A stretch of DNA of 64,000 nucleotides from assembly GCA_016182295.1 (NCBI GenBank), contig JACOXP010000006.1, positions 9,298 through 73,297 on the forward strand, in the 5' to 3' direction. The position numbers and the translations under genes are program-made. The notes beneath the pieces are model-generated. The model was not told where the DNA came from. It made no database searches and was given only the letters and a program-made list of their open reading frames with translations. How positions within the stretch are numbered: the stretch's first letter is position 1; each line of letters opens with the position of its first letter. Positions 48,274-55,925 of this stretch are shown here, piece after piece. This DNA is from Candidatus Harrisonbacteria bacterium (GTDB lineage Bacteria; Patescibacteriota; Minisyncoccia; UBA6257; WO2-44-18).

Positions 48274-49755
48274 ATGATAATGCTCAAGCTTCCAAAGGAA
48301 GTTCAACAAACCGCTGAAAAATTATCTAAAGCTGGTTTTGAAGCTTATCTTGTCGGCGGCTGCCTGCGCGATTTAATCCTGAGCGGAGTCGAAGGACTTC
48401 CTACGGTTCCAAAAGATTGGGATTTAACTACTAATGCTAAACCGGAGGAAATTCAAAAACTTTTCCAAGACAGCGTTTATGAAAATCAATTCGGCACAGT
48501 TGGAATTAAGATAGATACTGATGAGCCTACTCTTAAAATCATTGAGGTAACAACTTTTCGCAAAGAGGGTAAATATAGCGACAAACGGCATCCCGACGAA
48601 ATTACTTTTGCCAAAAATGTCGAGGAGGATTTATCCCGCCGAGATTTTACGGTTAACGCCATTGCCCTAAAACTACCCGAAGAGAAAGAATTAGTAGATC
48701 CTTTTAACGGACAAGCCGATTTGAAAAAGAAAATTATCCGCGCGGTTGGCAATCCGACAGAGCGTTTTGAAGAAGACGCCTTGCGGATTTTGCGGGCGGT
48801 GCGGTTCGCGGCCCAACTTGGTTTTAAGATAGAGGAAAAAACTATTGATGCCGCCAAAAAACACGCTGGCCATCTTGAATTTATTTCCAAAGAGAGAATT
48901 CGTGATGAGCTTTCTAAGCTTTTAATTGCCGACGGCGCCGCCGAAGGCGTTGATCTTTTGCAAAAACTTGGAATCTTAAAGATTATCCTACCGGAACTGG
49001 AAAAGGGGGTTGGCGTCGGGCAAAACAAGCATCACATATACACGGTGTTTGAACACAATCGTCGTTCTCTCGAATACGCCGCTCAAAAAAAATTCCCGCT
49101 TGATTTGCGGATAGCATCGCTTCTGCACGACGTTGGAAAACCAAAAACCAAGCAGGGCGATGGTCCGGAAAGCACTTTTTACGGACATCAAGTTGTCGGG
49201 GAAAGAATGGTTTTGCAAATTATGGATCGTTTGCGTTTTCCCAAAGAAATGACGGAAAGGGTAGCGCTTTTAGTGCGAGAACATATGTTCGTTTATGATC
49301 CGGAGACCGTTTCACTGAAGGGCGTACGTCGTTTGATTAGCCGCGTTGGTCAGGAAAACGTTGATGATCTCATAAAATTGCGCGAAGCCGATCGCATCGG
49401 TTCCGGAGTGCCGAAAGCTCAGCCATATCGCCTCCGTTATCTTCAGGCGATGATAGAAAAAGTAAAGAAAGATCCGGTCGGTCCAAAAATGCTTAAACTA
49501 AACGGAGGAGACGTGATGAAAGAATTAAAAATTGATCCGGGCCCGAAAGTCGGCGCTATCCTAGCCCTATTATTAGAAGAAGTATTAGATGATCCGAAAC
49601 AAAATACGAAGAAATCTCTGTTAGAAAGAGTGTGGGAACTGGGAAAACTCCCCGAAAAAGAACTTGCTAAGCTTTCCGAGAAAGCGAAAAAATCCGCCGC
49701 CGAAGCTCAGAATCGAATTGACGCGGAAATTAAAAGCAAGTATTTTGTGAAGTAA
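48274..49755 (+). CDS. cca: CCA-adding tRNA nucleotidyltransferase with HD domain
   Basis: VGGCLRD, DWD, EVTTFR, DLSRRDFTVNA, RFEEDALRILRAVRF, LLHDVGK. Confidence 0.93.
   Translation: MIMLKLPKEVQQTAEKLSKAGFEAYLVGGCLRDLILSGVEGLPTVPKDWDLTTNAKPEEIQKLFQDSVYENQFGTVGIKIDTDEPTLKIIEVTTFRKEGKYSDKRHPDEITFAKNVEEDLSRRDFTVNAIALKLPEEKELVDPFNGQADLKKKIIRAVGNPTERFEEDALRILRAVRFAAQLGFKIEEKTIDAAKKHAGHLEFISKERIRDELSKLLIADGAAEGVDLLQKLGILKIILPELEKGVGVGQNKHHIYTVFEHNRRSLEYAAQKKFPLDLRIASLLHDVGKPKTKQGDGPESTFYGHQVVGERMVLQIMDRLRFPKEMTERVALLVREHMFVYDPETVSLKGVRRLISRVGQENVDDLIKLREADRIGSGVPKAQPYRLRYLQAMIEKVKKDPVGPKMLKLNGGDVMKELKIDPGPKVGAILALLLEEVLDDPKQNTKKSLLERVWELGKLPEKELAKLSEKAKKSAAEAQNRIDAEIKSKYFVK
48377..48396. repeat. 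REP-like palindromic element inside cca
   Basis: TCCTGAGCGGAGTCGAAGGA, in frame, encoding ILSGVEG in an otherwise conserved loop. Confidence 0.55.
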
Positions 49756-49787
49756 AGCGGGCTTGCCCGCCGTAGCTTTAGCAGAGA

Positions 49788-49858
49788 CGGGGTGTAGTAT
49801 ACCGGCAGTACGCGCGCTTCGGGTGCGTGAAGACCGGGTTCAATTCCCGGCACCCCGA
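49788..49858 (+). tRNA. tRNA-Pro(CGG), CCA not encoded
   Basis: Acceptor CGGGGTG/CACCCCG, D stem GTAT/GTAC, anticodon stem CGCGC/GCGTG with loop TTCGGGT, T arm CCGGG-TTCAATT-CCCGG. Confidence 0.93.
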
Positions 49859-49863
49859 CATTT

Positions 49864-50748
49864 ATGAAGTATGTAGTAACCGGAGGAGCCGGATTTATCG
49901 GCTCTCATCTTACAGACGAGTTAATTAATCAGGGCCACAAGGTGGTTGTTTTAGACAATCTTTCAACTGGAAAAAGAGAAAACGTAAATCCCAAAGCTGA
50001 ATTTGTCAAAGCCGATATTACCAAGCTCGCGGAAATGCGTCCTCATTTTTCCGGAGCGGACGGCGTTTTCCATGTCGCCGCTCTGCCGCGCGTGCAAGTT
50101 TCCATTGAAGATCCTGATAAGACGCATGATGTTAACGTCAACGGCACTTTAAACGTTTTGATCGCGGCCCGCGACGCGAAAATTAAAAGAATTGTTTACT
50201 CCGCTTCTTCATCCGCCTACGGCAATGTTGAAGCCATGCCATTGCGTGAAGATATGAAGCCAAAGCCGATGAGTCCTTATGGTCTTCAAAAATATATCGG
50301 CGAGGAATATGGCCGGCTCTTTTCCCTGCTTTATGGATTGGAAACCGTTTCATTGCGTTATTTTAATGTCTACGGCCCGCGAATGGCGGAAGCGGGGGCG
50401 TACCTTACTGTTATGAGAGTTTTTCTGAATCAGAAAAATGCCTCAACGCCGATGACGATTGTCGGAGATGGCGAACAAACAAGGGATTTCACTCATGTCT
50501 ATGATGTTGTTAGGGCAAACCTTTTGGCAATGAACGGCGATAAAGTCGGTAAGGGAGAAGTCATTAATATAGGAGGGGGTAAAAATTATAGCGTTAATCA
50601 AATCGCGACTTTAGTTGGCGGTCCCAAGATTCACGTTGATCCTAGAATAGAACCAAGGCATACCCTGGCCGACAATTCCCTTGCTAAAAAATTACTTGGT
50701 TGGGAACCGAAGATGAATCTCGAAAAAGAAATCGCAACCCTATTGTAA
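49864..50748 (+). CDS. NAD-dependent epimerase (WbpP/GalE-like)
   Basis: TGGAGFIGSH, ASSSAYG, YGLQK, LRYFNVYGPR, GDGEQTRDF. Confidence 0.92.
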   Translation: MKYVVTGGAGFIGSHLTDELINQGHKVVVLDNLSTGKRENVNPKAEFVKADITKLAEMRPHFSGADGVFHVAALPRVQVSIEDPDKTHDVNVNGTLNVLIAARDAKIKRIVYSASSSAYGNVEAMPLREDMKPKPMSPYGLQKYIGEEYGRLFSLLYGLETVSLRYFNVYGPRMAEAGAYLTVMRVFLNQKNASTPMTIVGDGEQTRDFTHVYDVVRANLLAMNGDKVGKGEVINIGGGKNYSVNQIATLVGGPKIHVDPRIEPRHTLADNSLAKKLLGWEPKMNLEKEIATLL

Positions 50749-50799
50749 AGCCCTTGTTTTTGTAATAGTATCGGCAATAAGTTCTTTTAGAGGTGAATA

Positions 50800-51738
50800 A
50801 TGGTTTGGGTATCGGCAGTGGCGACTGCGATAGTGCCTTTGGTATTGGTTTATGTTTTTATCAGTGAAAAATTGAGGAGCAGGGTTGGTGAGTGGCTGGC
50901 TAAAGATTGGGCAAACCTGTTGGTTGTTTATTTTTTTGTAATCATCACTTACAGTCACTTCGCCTTCGTTAGCAACCAATTTGACCTTCGCGCTTATTTG
51001 AGCGTTTTATTGTATCTTGGCTTGCCGGTTTTTCTCTTTATGTTTTTAAGAAAAGAGGATATCCGGCGGTCTTCCCCAAGAGTTTTCTATTTTCTGTTGG
51101 CAATTTTTGTCTTAATGCTCTGGATCCCGATGGAATTAAAATGGGTTGAGCGAAAATGGGTGGAAGCGCCAATTAGAGATAAATCGTTCGGCCTTCCAAG
51201 CACGATGTATTGCGCCATTCTTTTGGGAATGTTTATTTTTACCGAATGGTTCGACCTCGATCTTAATTGTCGTTGGCGTTGGCGATGGAATCATTTGCTG
51301 TGGGTTTTGGGAACACTGGCCGTTTTATTGGTTGTTTTATTGCCGATGGCGGCCCGCGTTGATTTCGTGAAATTCGAAATCTGGGATGTTGTGGAACAAC
51401 ATCCTTGGGTGCCGCTGATGCTCTTCCCGCTTTTTTTAATAACTCCGGCCATTGGCGAAGAATTGATTTACCGCGGTGTTATTCAAAGTGTTTTGGAAAA
51501 GAAATGGGGAATCTGGATAGCGCTTTTTATCCAGGCGGGTATTTTTGGCTTCGCGCATATCAACAACAAGGCGGGCGGTTACAATTTTCCAAACTGGTCA
51601 TATGTTTGCTTTGCGACAATAGCTGGATTGGGTTATGGGATCGTTTTCTGGCGAACCCGTTCGCTTCTTGCTTCTGCCAGTCTCCACGCTTTAGTTGATC
51701 TTCTTTGGAAAACCTTTTTCAAAGGGGATGGTGGGTAA
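50800..51738 (+). CDS. CPBP (Abi/CAAX) intramembrane metalloprotease
   Basis: EELIYRG, FGFAH, HALVD. Confidence 0.85.
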   Translation: MVWVSAVATAIVPLVLVYVFISEKLRSRVGEWLAKDWANLLVVYFFVIITYSHFAFVSNQFDLRAYLSVLLYLGLPVFLFMFLRKEDIRRSSPRVFYFLLAIFVLMLWIPMELKWVERKWVEAPIRDKSFGLPSTMYCAILLGMFIFTEWFDLDLNCRWRWRWNHLLWVLGTLAVLLVVLLPMAARVDFVKFEIWDVVEQHPWVPLMLFPLFLITPAIGEELIYRGVIQSVLEKKWGIWIALFIQAGIFGFAHINNKAGGYNFPNWSYVCFATIAGLGYGIVFWRTRSLLASASLHALVDLLWKTFFKGDGG

Positions 51739-52367
51739 TGAGTAATCGAAAATGGATTTTTCTGGAAGCGATGGGATTTTTTATTTTGGTAATGGCAATT
51801 ATCTGGTTTAGTAAATCAATTGTCAAAGAAGATTTTAAGTGGATTGCTGGCGCCCCGATTCTACTTTGGGTGATTATCAGCTGGAAACGGCGCGGCGATG
51901 AGTTTGATTCCATCGGCATTAAGAAAGAAACCGTCCCTTTTTGGATTTTCACTTCGGCATTGCTGGTCATTATTTTTACGTTAGCGTTTGGTGGAAATCC
52001 GGAAGTTTTTGGAAGGCCTGATCTTTGGAAGAAGGTGTTTGCCAAATTGGGTTATCCGTTCTGGGCTCTGATTCAGCAACTGTTGCTTCAAGGCTATTTG
52101 ACTAATCGGTTGAATCAATCTCTAGAGAAACATTGGCTTGCCTCTCTTGCTTCCGGCGCGTTTTTCGCCGCTGTTCATTTCCCGAACCCCCTTTTAATGT
52201 CCGGTTGTTTCGTGCTTGGCGTTGGTACCGCTTATTATTTTTTGAAAAGCCGCAACCTTTATGTGATCGCCTTTGCTCACGGAATTCTTGGAACGTTTCT
52301 GAAGTATTTGCTTTCCCAGGATTGGCTTGAGAATGGAATGCGTGTCGGCCCCGGATTTTGGAAGTAA
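51738..52367 (+). CDS. CPBP-family protein with degenerate EE motif
   Basis: QQLLLQG in place of EExxxRG, FAAVH, AHG; coupled by TAATG overlap. Confidence 0.7.
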   Translation: MSNRKWIFLEAMGFFILVMAIIWFSKSIVKEDFKWIAGAPILLWVIISWKRRGDEFDSIGIKKETVPFWIFTSALLVIIFTLAFGGNPEVFGRPDLWKKVFAKLGYPFWALIQQLLLQGYLTNRLNQSLEKHWLASLASGAFFAAVHFPNPLLMSGCFVLGVGTAYYFLKSRNLYVIAFAHGILGTFLKYLLSQDWLENGMRVGPGFWK

Positions 52368-52395
52368 AAGCCTCGTCTAATGACGAGGCTTTTTA
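52366..52395 (+). terminator. Intrinsic terminator
   Basis: AAAAGCCTCGTC-taat-GACGAGGCTTTT. Confidence 0.85.
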
Positions 52396-52399
52396 TAAC

Positions 52400-52428
52400 T
52401 TGACTTTGCTACATGAAGGGTATATAAT
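52400..52428 (+). promoter_or_regulatory. Near-consensus sigma-70 promoter
   Basis: TTGACT-17 nt-TATAAT. Confidence 0.75.
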
Positions 52429-52530
52429 ACGTACAAGTTTAGTTAGAGAAGAGGAGCTTAATCCCTTTTGCTCGACTAGGCGAAAGGGCGAAAAGCGTCT
52501 CCTTAAACAAGAGACAAAAATTAAAAATAA

Positions 52531-52722
52531 ATGGAATTTAATAATTCCGGACCTCGCAAGATGGTGCAAGGCAACTGGCACTGCGCCAAATGCAATGGCC
52601 CGATCACCGAACTTCCGTTCGAGCCTGATCCGGCCCGCTTGGACAAGCTCCTTTGCCGAGATTGCCATCGAGCGCGCGTCCAATCTTTTCGTGGCCCCCG
52701 CCGATTCGGCGGTGACCGCTAA
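52531..52722 (+). CDS. Small CxxC-x(n)-CxxC zinc-ribbon protein
   Basis: CAKC...LPFEP...LCRDC, RG-rich tail; has its own promoter and terminator. Confidence 0.8.
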   Translation: MEFNNSGPRKMVQGNWHCAKCNGPITELPFEPDPARLDKLLCRDCHRARVQSFRGPRRFGGDR

Positions 52723-52760
52723 AGCCAACAACCCCGCCAACTGGCGGGGTTTTGGTTTTT
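52721..52760 (+). terminator. Intrinsic terminator
   Basis: AACCCCGCCA-ac-TGGCGGGGTT plus T-run. Confidence 0.85.
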
Positions 52761-52791
52761 GACAAATTCTATTATGCTTTATAATAAGGTT

Positions 52792-52953
52792 ATGAAATTA
52801 TTGTCGTTGGGAGTAACGATCGCCGGTCTTTGGTTAATCGTCTCCCCTTGGATTTTAGGCTATTGGAAAGTTTCGTCGGCGCTTTGGAGTCAGGTCGTAG
52901 CCGGCGTGGTAATAATGCTGCTGTCTATGTGGCAGCTGGCAGGAAAAGAATAA
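52792..52953 (+). CDS. SPW-repeat small membrane protein
   Basis: GLWLIVSPWILGY; TATAAT lies 6 nt before ATG 52792. Confidence 0.75.
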   Translation: MKLLSLGVTIAGLWLIVSPWILGYWKVSSALWSQVVAGVVIMLLSMWQLAGKE

Positions 52954-52954
52954 A

Positions 52955-53191
52955 ATGACAAAAAACATTAAAATTTATTCAACCCCAACTTGTGTTTATT
53001 GCAAGATGGCTAAGGAGTTTTTCAAGAAGAACAATGTCGAATACACCGAATTCAACGTTGCCGAAGATGAGAAGGCGCGGGAGGAAATGGTGCAGAAATC
53101 ACAGCAACTCGGAGTGCCGGTGATCGATATTGACGGTAAAATTACCGTCGGGTTCAATGAATCGGAGCTTAAAAAAGCTTTAAACTTATAA
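52955..53191 (+). CDS. Glutaredoxin-like (NrdH/YruB) redoxin
   Basis: YSTPTCVYC, GVPVIDI, GF. Confidence 0.9.
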   Translation: MTKNIKIYSTPTCVYCKMAKEFFKKNNVEYTEFNVAEDEKAREEMVQKSQQLGVPVIDIDGKITVGFNESELKKALNL

Positions 53192-53192
53192 A

Positions 53193-53270
53193 ATGTACGA
53201 TTTAGTAATTATTGGAGGCCCGCCCCGCCTCGGCGGGGCGAGGCTCGCCCGCTTACAACATGATGTATGA
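53193..53270 (+). pseudogene. Relic duplicate of the trxB 5' end followed by a palindrome
   Basis: Encodes MYDLVIIGG, then runs into a GC palindrome and stops; out of frame with trxB. Confidence 0.55.
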
Positions 53271-54207
53271 TTTGGTGATAGTGGGCGGCGGTCCGGGCGG
53301 GGCCGCAGCTGGAGTTTACGCGGCCAGAAAAAAAATGAAAGTCGCTTTGATAACCGAATCCTTCGGCGGACAATCGGTTGTTTCAGCCGGTATTGAAAAT
53401 TGGATTGGCACGAAGTCCGTTTCCGGCCTGGATTTCGCCAAAATGCTGGAAGAGCATTTGCGAGCCCAGGAAGATATTGATCTTCTCCAGCCGGACTTGG
53501 TTGAAAAAGTTGAAAAAGCCAAAAACGGCTTTACTATTTCCACCAAAGAAGGAAAGAAACTGGAAACCAAAACAATTTTGGTGACTACCGGAAGTAGCCG
53601 GAAGAAACTGGGCGTACCGGGAGAAAAAGAGCTTGACGCCAAAGGAGTTTCTTATTGTTCCACCTGCGACGCGCCCATTTTTAAAAATAAAGTTGTAGCC
53701 GTCATCGGCGGCGGCAATGCCGGTTTAGAAGCCGTTGTGGATTTACTTGCTTACGCCACCAAAGTTTATCTGTTGGAATACGGCGATAAATTAAAAGGAG
53801 ATCCGATAACACAGGAAAAAATTGAAAAAGACAAAAAAGTGGAGATTATTCTCAACGCTCAGACCACAAAAATTTTGGGCGATAAATTCGTCGCCGGTTT
53901 TAAATACAAAGATTTAAAAAGCGGTCAGGAGAAGGAATTAAAGTTAGACGGTATTTTTGTTGAAATCGGCGCCGTGCCCAATATCAGTTTCGTCAAAGAT
54001 TTGGTTAAGTTAAGCGCTTACGGAGAAATTGCCGTTGATCACAAAACTCAGCAAACTTCCCAGCCGGGCATTTGGGCGGCGGGAGATTCCAGCGATGTCT
54101 TATACAAGCAAAACAATATTTCCGCCGGCGATGCCGTTAAAGCCGTTCTCAATATCTACGAAACTCTCAACAAAGAAGGCGGGACGAGGGGCGGCTATAC
54201 CAAGTAA
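53260..54207 (+). CDS. trxB: Thioredoxin reductase/AhpF-like FAD oxidoreductase
   Basis: YDLVIVGGGPGG, GVSYCSTCD, VIGGGNAG, GIWAAGD. Confidence 0.88.
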   Translation: MMYDLVIVGGGPGGAAAGVYAARKKMKVALITESFGGQSVVSAGIENWIGTKSVSGLDFAKMLEEHLRAQEDIDLLQPDLVEKVEKAKNGFTISTKEGKKLETKTILVTTGSSRKKLGVPGEKELDAKGVSYCSTCDAPIFKNKVVAVIGGGNAGLEAVVDLLAYATKVYLLEYGDKLKGDPITQEKIEKDKKVEIILNAQTTKILGDKFVAGFKYKDLKSGQEKELKLDGIFVEIGAVPNISFVKDLVKLSAYGEIAVDHKTQQTSQPGIWAAGDSSDVLYKQNNISAGDAVKAVLNIYETLNKEGGTRGGYTK

Positions 54208-54263
54208 CTTTTTCTAGAGACCCCTTTTACATCAAAAAATAAAAGGAGTAGTATTGAAACAAT

Positions 54264-54707
54264 ATGAATAAACTTAAATTATTGGGTATTGCCGGCATTG
54301 TCATTGTCATTGTCATTATTGGCGGAATTTTCCTTTTCCGGGGGTCGGAAAATTTGCCGATGGATATCGGAGCTAACAGCGCCGATGAAACAATGAATGA
54401 AGTTGTGGACGCGATTCGAGATGAGAATATTGATCGGGCCGAGCGTTATTTTGTTTCCGCCAACGAAGAGGGCAGGGCGACTTGGAAAGAAATTTTGCGG
54501 GTTAATAAAGACCGCGACCTTATGGAGGAAATGGCCAACGGAATCGGATCTTCGGAATTTTTCAAAAAGATTTCTGACACCGAGGAGCAGTATCTTATGA
54601 CTGACCAGCTTGGCACAGCCGGACTTTTAATCGGATTGATCTTCAATCCGGAAATTTCTGCTTGGCAGATCAACTCCCTTGTCAGAGTAGAAATCAGTCA
54701 ACAATAA
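54264..54707 (+). CDS. Membrane-anchored hypothetical protein, paralogue of 55446..55925
   Basis: N-terminal TM; shared blocks DE.IDRAERYF and FN..SAWQINSL; promoter TTTACA-17 nt-TAGTAT. Confidence 0.7.
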   Translation: MNKLKLLGIAGIVIVIVIIGGIFLFRGSENLPMDIGANSADETMNEVVDAIRDENIDRAERYFVSANEEGRATWKEILRVNKDRDLMEEMANGIGSSEFFKKISDTEEQYLMTDQLGTAGLLIGLIFNPEISAWQINSLVRVEISQQ

Positions 54708-54721
54708 AACGAAAAATAAAT

Positions 54722-54760
54722 AGTATAGGATATCATCCATATGGGCAATAAATCATACCT
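54722..54760. repeat. Degenerate copy of the 42-bp palindrome
   Basis: 29/39 ungapped identity to 55356..55394, including CCATATGGGCAATAA. Confidence 0.75.
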
Positions 54761-54762
54761 TA

Positions 54763-55344
54763 ATGGCTAAAAGAAAATTTGCGGGGAAAATCGCTAAAGA
54801 AATTCTAATTGCCATGGCCGTTTTATCCGCGGCCGCTGGAATTACGATCACTCTGGCCGTTATGCCAGGATTGGGACGCGTTGGTAAAGAAATATTTGAT
54901 TGGTATTACAAACAAAATAAATCTCGTCGCCAACGCATTCGTAAAACTTTTCAAGATTTAAGAAAAGAACGACTTATTGAAGAAAAACATTTACCTGACG
55001 GCTCAACTCAGTTTATTCTTTCAGAAAAAGGAAAAAACAAAATTTTACATTATAATTTTGACGATCTTAAAATAGCAAAAACTACCAAATGGGACAAGAT
55101 ATGGCGGATAGTGATATTCGATATCCCGAATAATTTTGAAAAGGAACGCAGACTTTGGCGATTTAAATTAAAAACCATCGGATTTTATCAATTACAAAAA
55201 AGTGTTTGGGTTTACCCCTATCCTTGTAGGAAAGAAATAGATTTTATTGCGGAATATTTAGGCATCAGCCCACATATACGGATAGTAGAAGCAGTTTCAG
55301 TGGACGGATCCGAAGAATTAAACGATTACTTTTTCAAAGCATGA
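54763..55344 (+). CDS. PaaX-like protein: winged helix plus Cas2-like domain
   Basis: LSEKG (wHTH wing), WDKIWRIVIFDIP, R..LK.IGFYQLQKSVWVYP. Confidence 0.8.
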   Translation: MAKRKFAGKIAKEILIAMAVLSAAAGITITLAVMPGLGRVGKEIFDWYYKQNKSRRQRIRKTFQDLRKERLIEEKHLPDGSTQFILSEKGKNKILHYNFDDLKIAKTTKWDKIWRIVIFDIPNNFEKERRLWRFKLKTIGFYQLQKSVWVYPYPCRKEIDFIAEYLGISPHIRIVEAVSVDGSEELNDYFFKA

Positions 55345-55353
55345 AAAAATATA

Positions 55354-55395
55354 AAAGTATTACTTATTGCCCATATGGGCAATAAGTAATACTTT
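55354..55395. repeat. Perfect 42-bp palindrome
   Basis: AAAGTATTACTTATTGCCCAT|ATGGGCAATAAGTAATACTTT, no spacer. Confidence 0.95.
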
Positions 55396-55400
55396 GGGGG

Positions 55401-55428
55401 TTGACAGGGGGGTTTGAAGATGTAGAAT
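55401..55428 (+). promoter_or_regulatory. Sigma-70 promoter
   Basis: TTGACA-16 nt-TAGAAT. Confidence 0.65.
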
Positions 55429-55445
55429 GAGGGGCATTATATTTT

Positions 55446-55925
55446 ATGGAGAAAAATTCTTATTTTAAGTTTGTCGCGGTTTTTTTGGTTATTATCGCTT
55501 TAGGCGTTGGCGGCTATTTTATTTTTCGGGGAGAAAATCAGACGGAAAAAGCCGAGCGAGGGTTCCGGCAGTATGAAGAAGCGATGCGCGCCGACACTTA
55601 CGGAGGAAAAACTCCGCAGGAAACGCTGGATCTTTTTATTGAAGCCCTTCGCGCGGAAGATATCGAACTAGCGAGTAAGTATTTTTTATATGACGACAAT
55701 TTAAGCAAACAAAAATGGGTTGATCGCCTTAACGAAATAAAAAATAAAGGACTTTTAGAAATTATGGCGAATGATATAGAAACGCGCGCAAAAGAAGACG
55801 TTAAAAATAAAATTAGCGAAAATGATTTTAAATTTGTTCTATATGCCGACAACGAGCAGGTCGGTGCTCGGATCGATATGCAGTTTAATACTTATTCCGG
55901 AGTATGGAAAATAGAAAGCTTGTAA
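55446..55925 (+). CDS. Membrane-anchored hypothetical protein
   Basis: N-terminal TM; YGGKTPQETLDLFIEALRAEDIELASKYF; overlaps the next gene. Confidence 0.75.
   Translation: MEKNSYFKFVAVFLVIIALGVGGYFIFRGENQTEKAERGFRQYEEAMRADTYGGKTPQETLDLFIEALRAEDIELASKYFLYDDNLSKQKWVDRLNEIKNKGLLEIMANDIETRAKEDVKNKISENDFKFVLYADNEQVGARIDMQFNTYSGVWKIESL

Noticed and set aside
49788-49858. tRNA as an integration site of an island
   Set aside because: No integrase and no duplicated tRNA 3' end seen in the window
52358-52762. 134-aa plus-strand and 115-aa minus-strand ORFs
   Set aside because: They cross a promoter and terminators; the 63-aa zinc-ribbon ORF explains the region
53212-53259. TTG start giving trxB an MEARPASAGRG extension
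   Set aside because: The extension is the translated palindrome; the conserved protein starts at 53260/53263
54763-55395. CRISPR-Cas locus suggested by the Cas2-like motifs and repeats
   Set aside because: No cas1 or effector genes and no repeat-spacer array; only two palindrome copies flanking the gene
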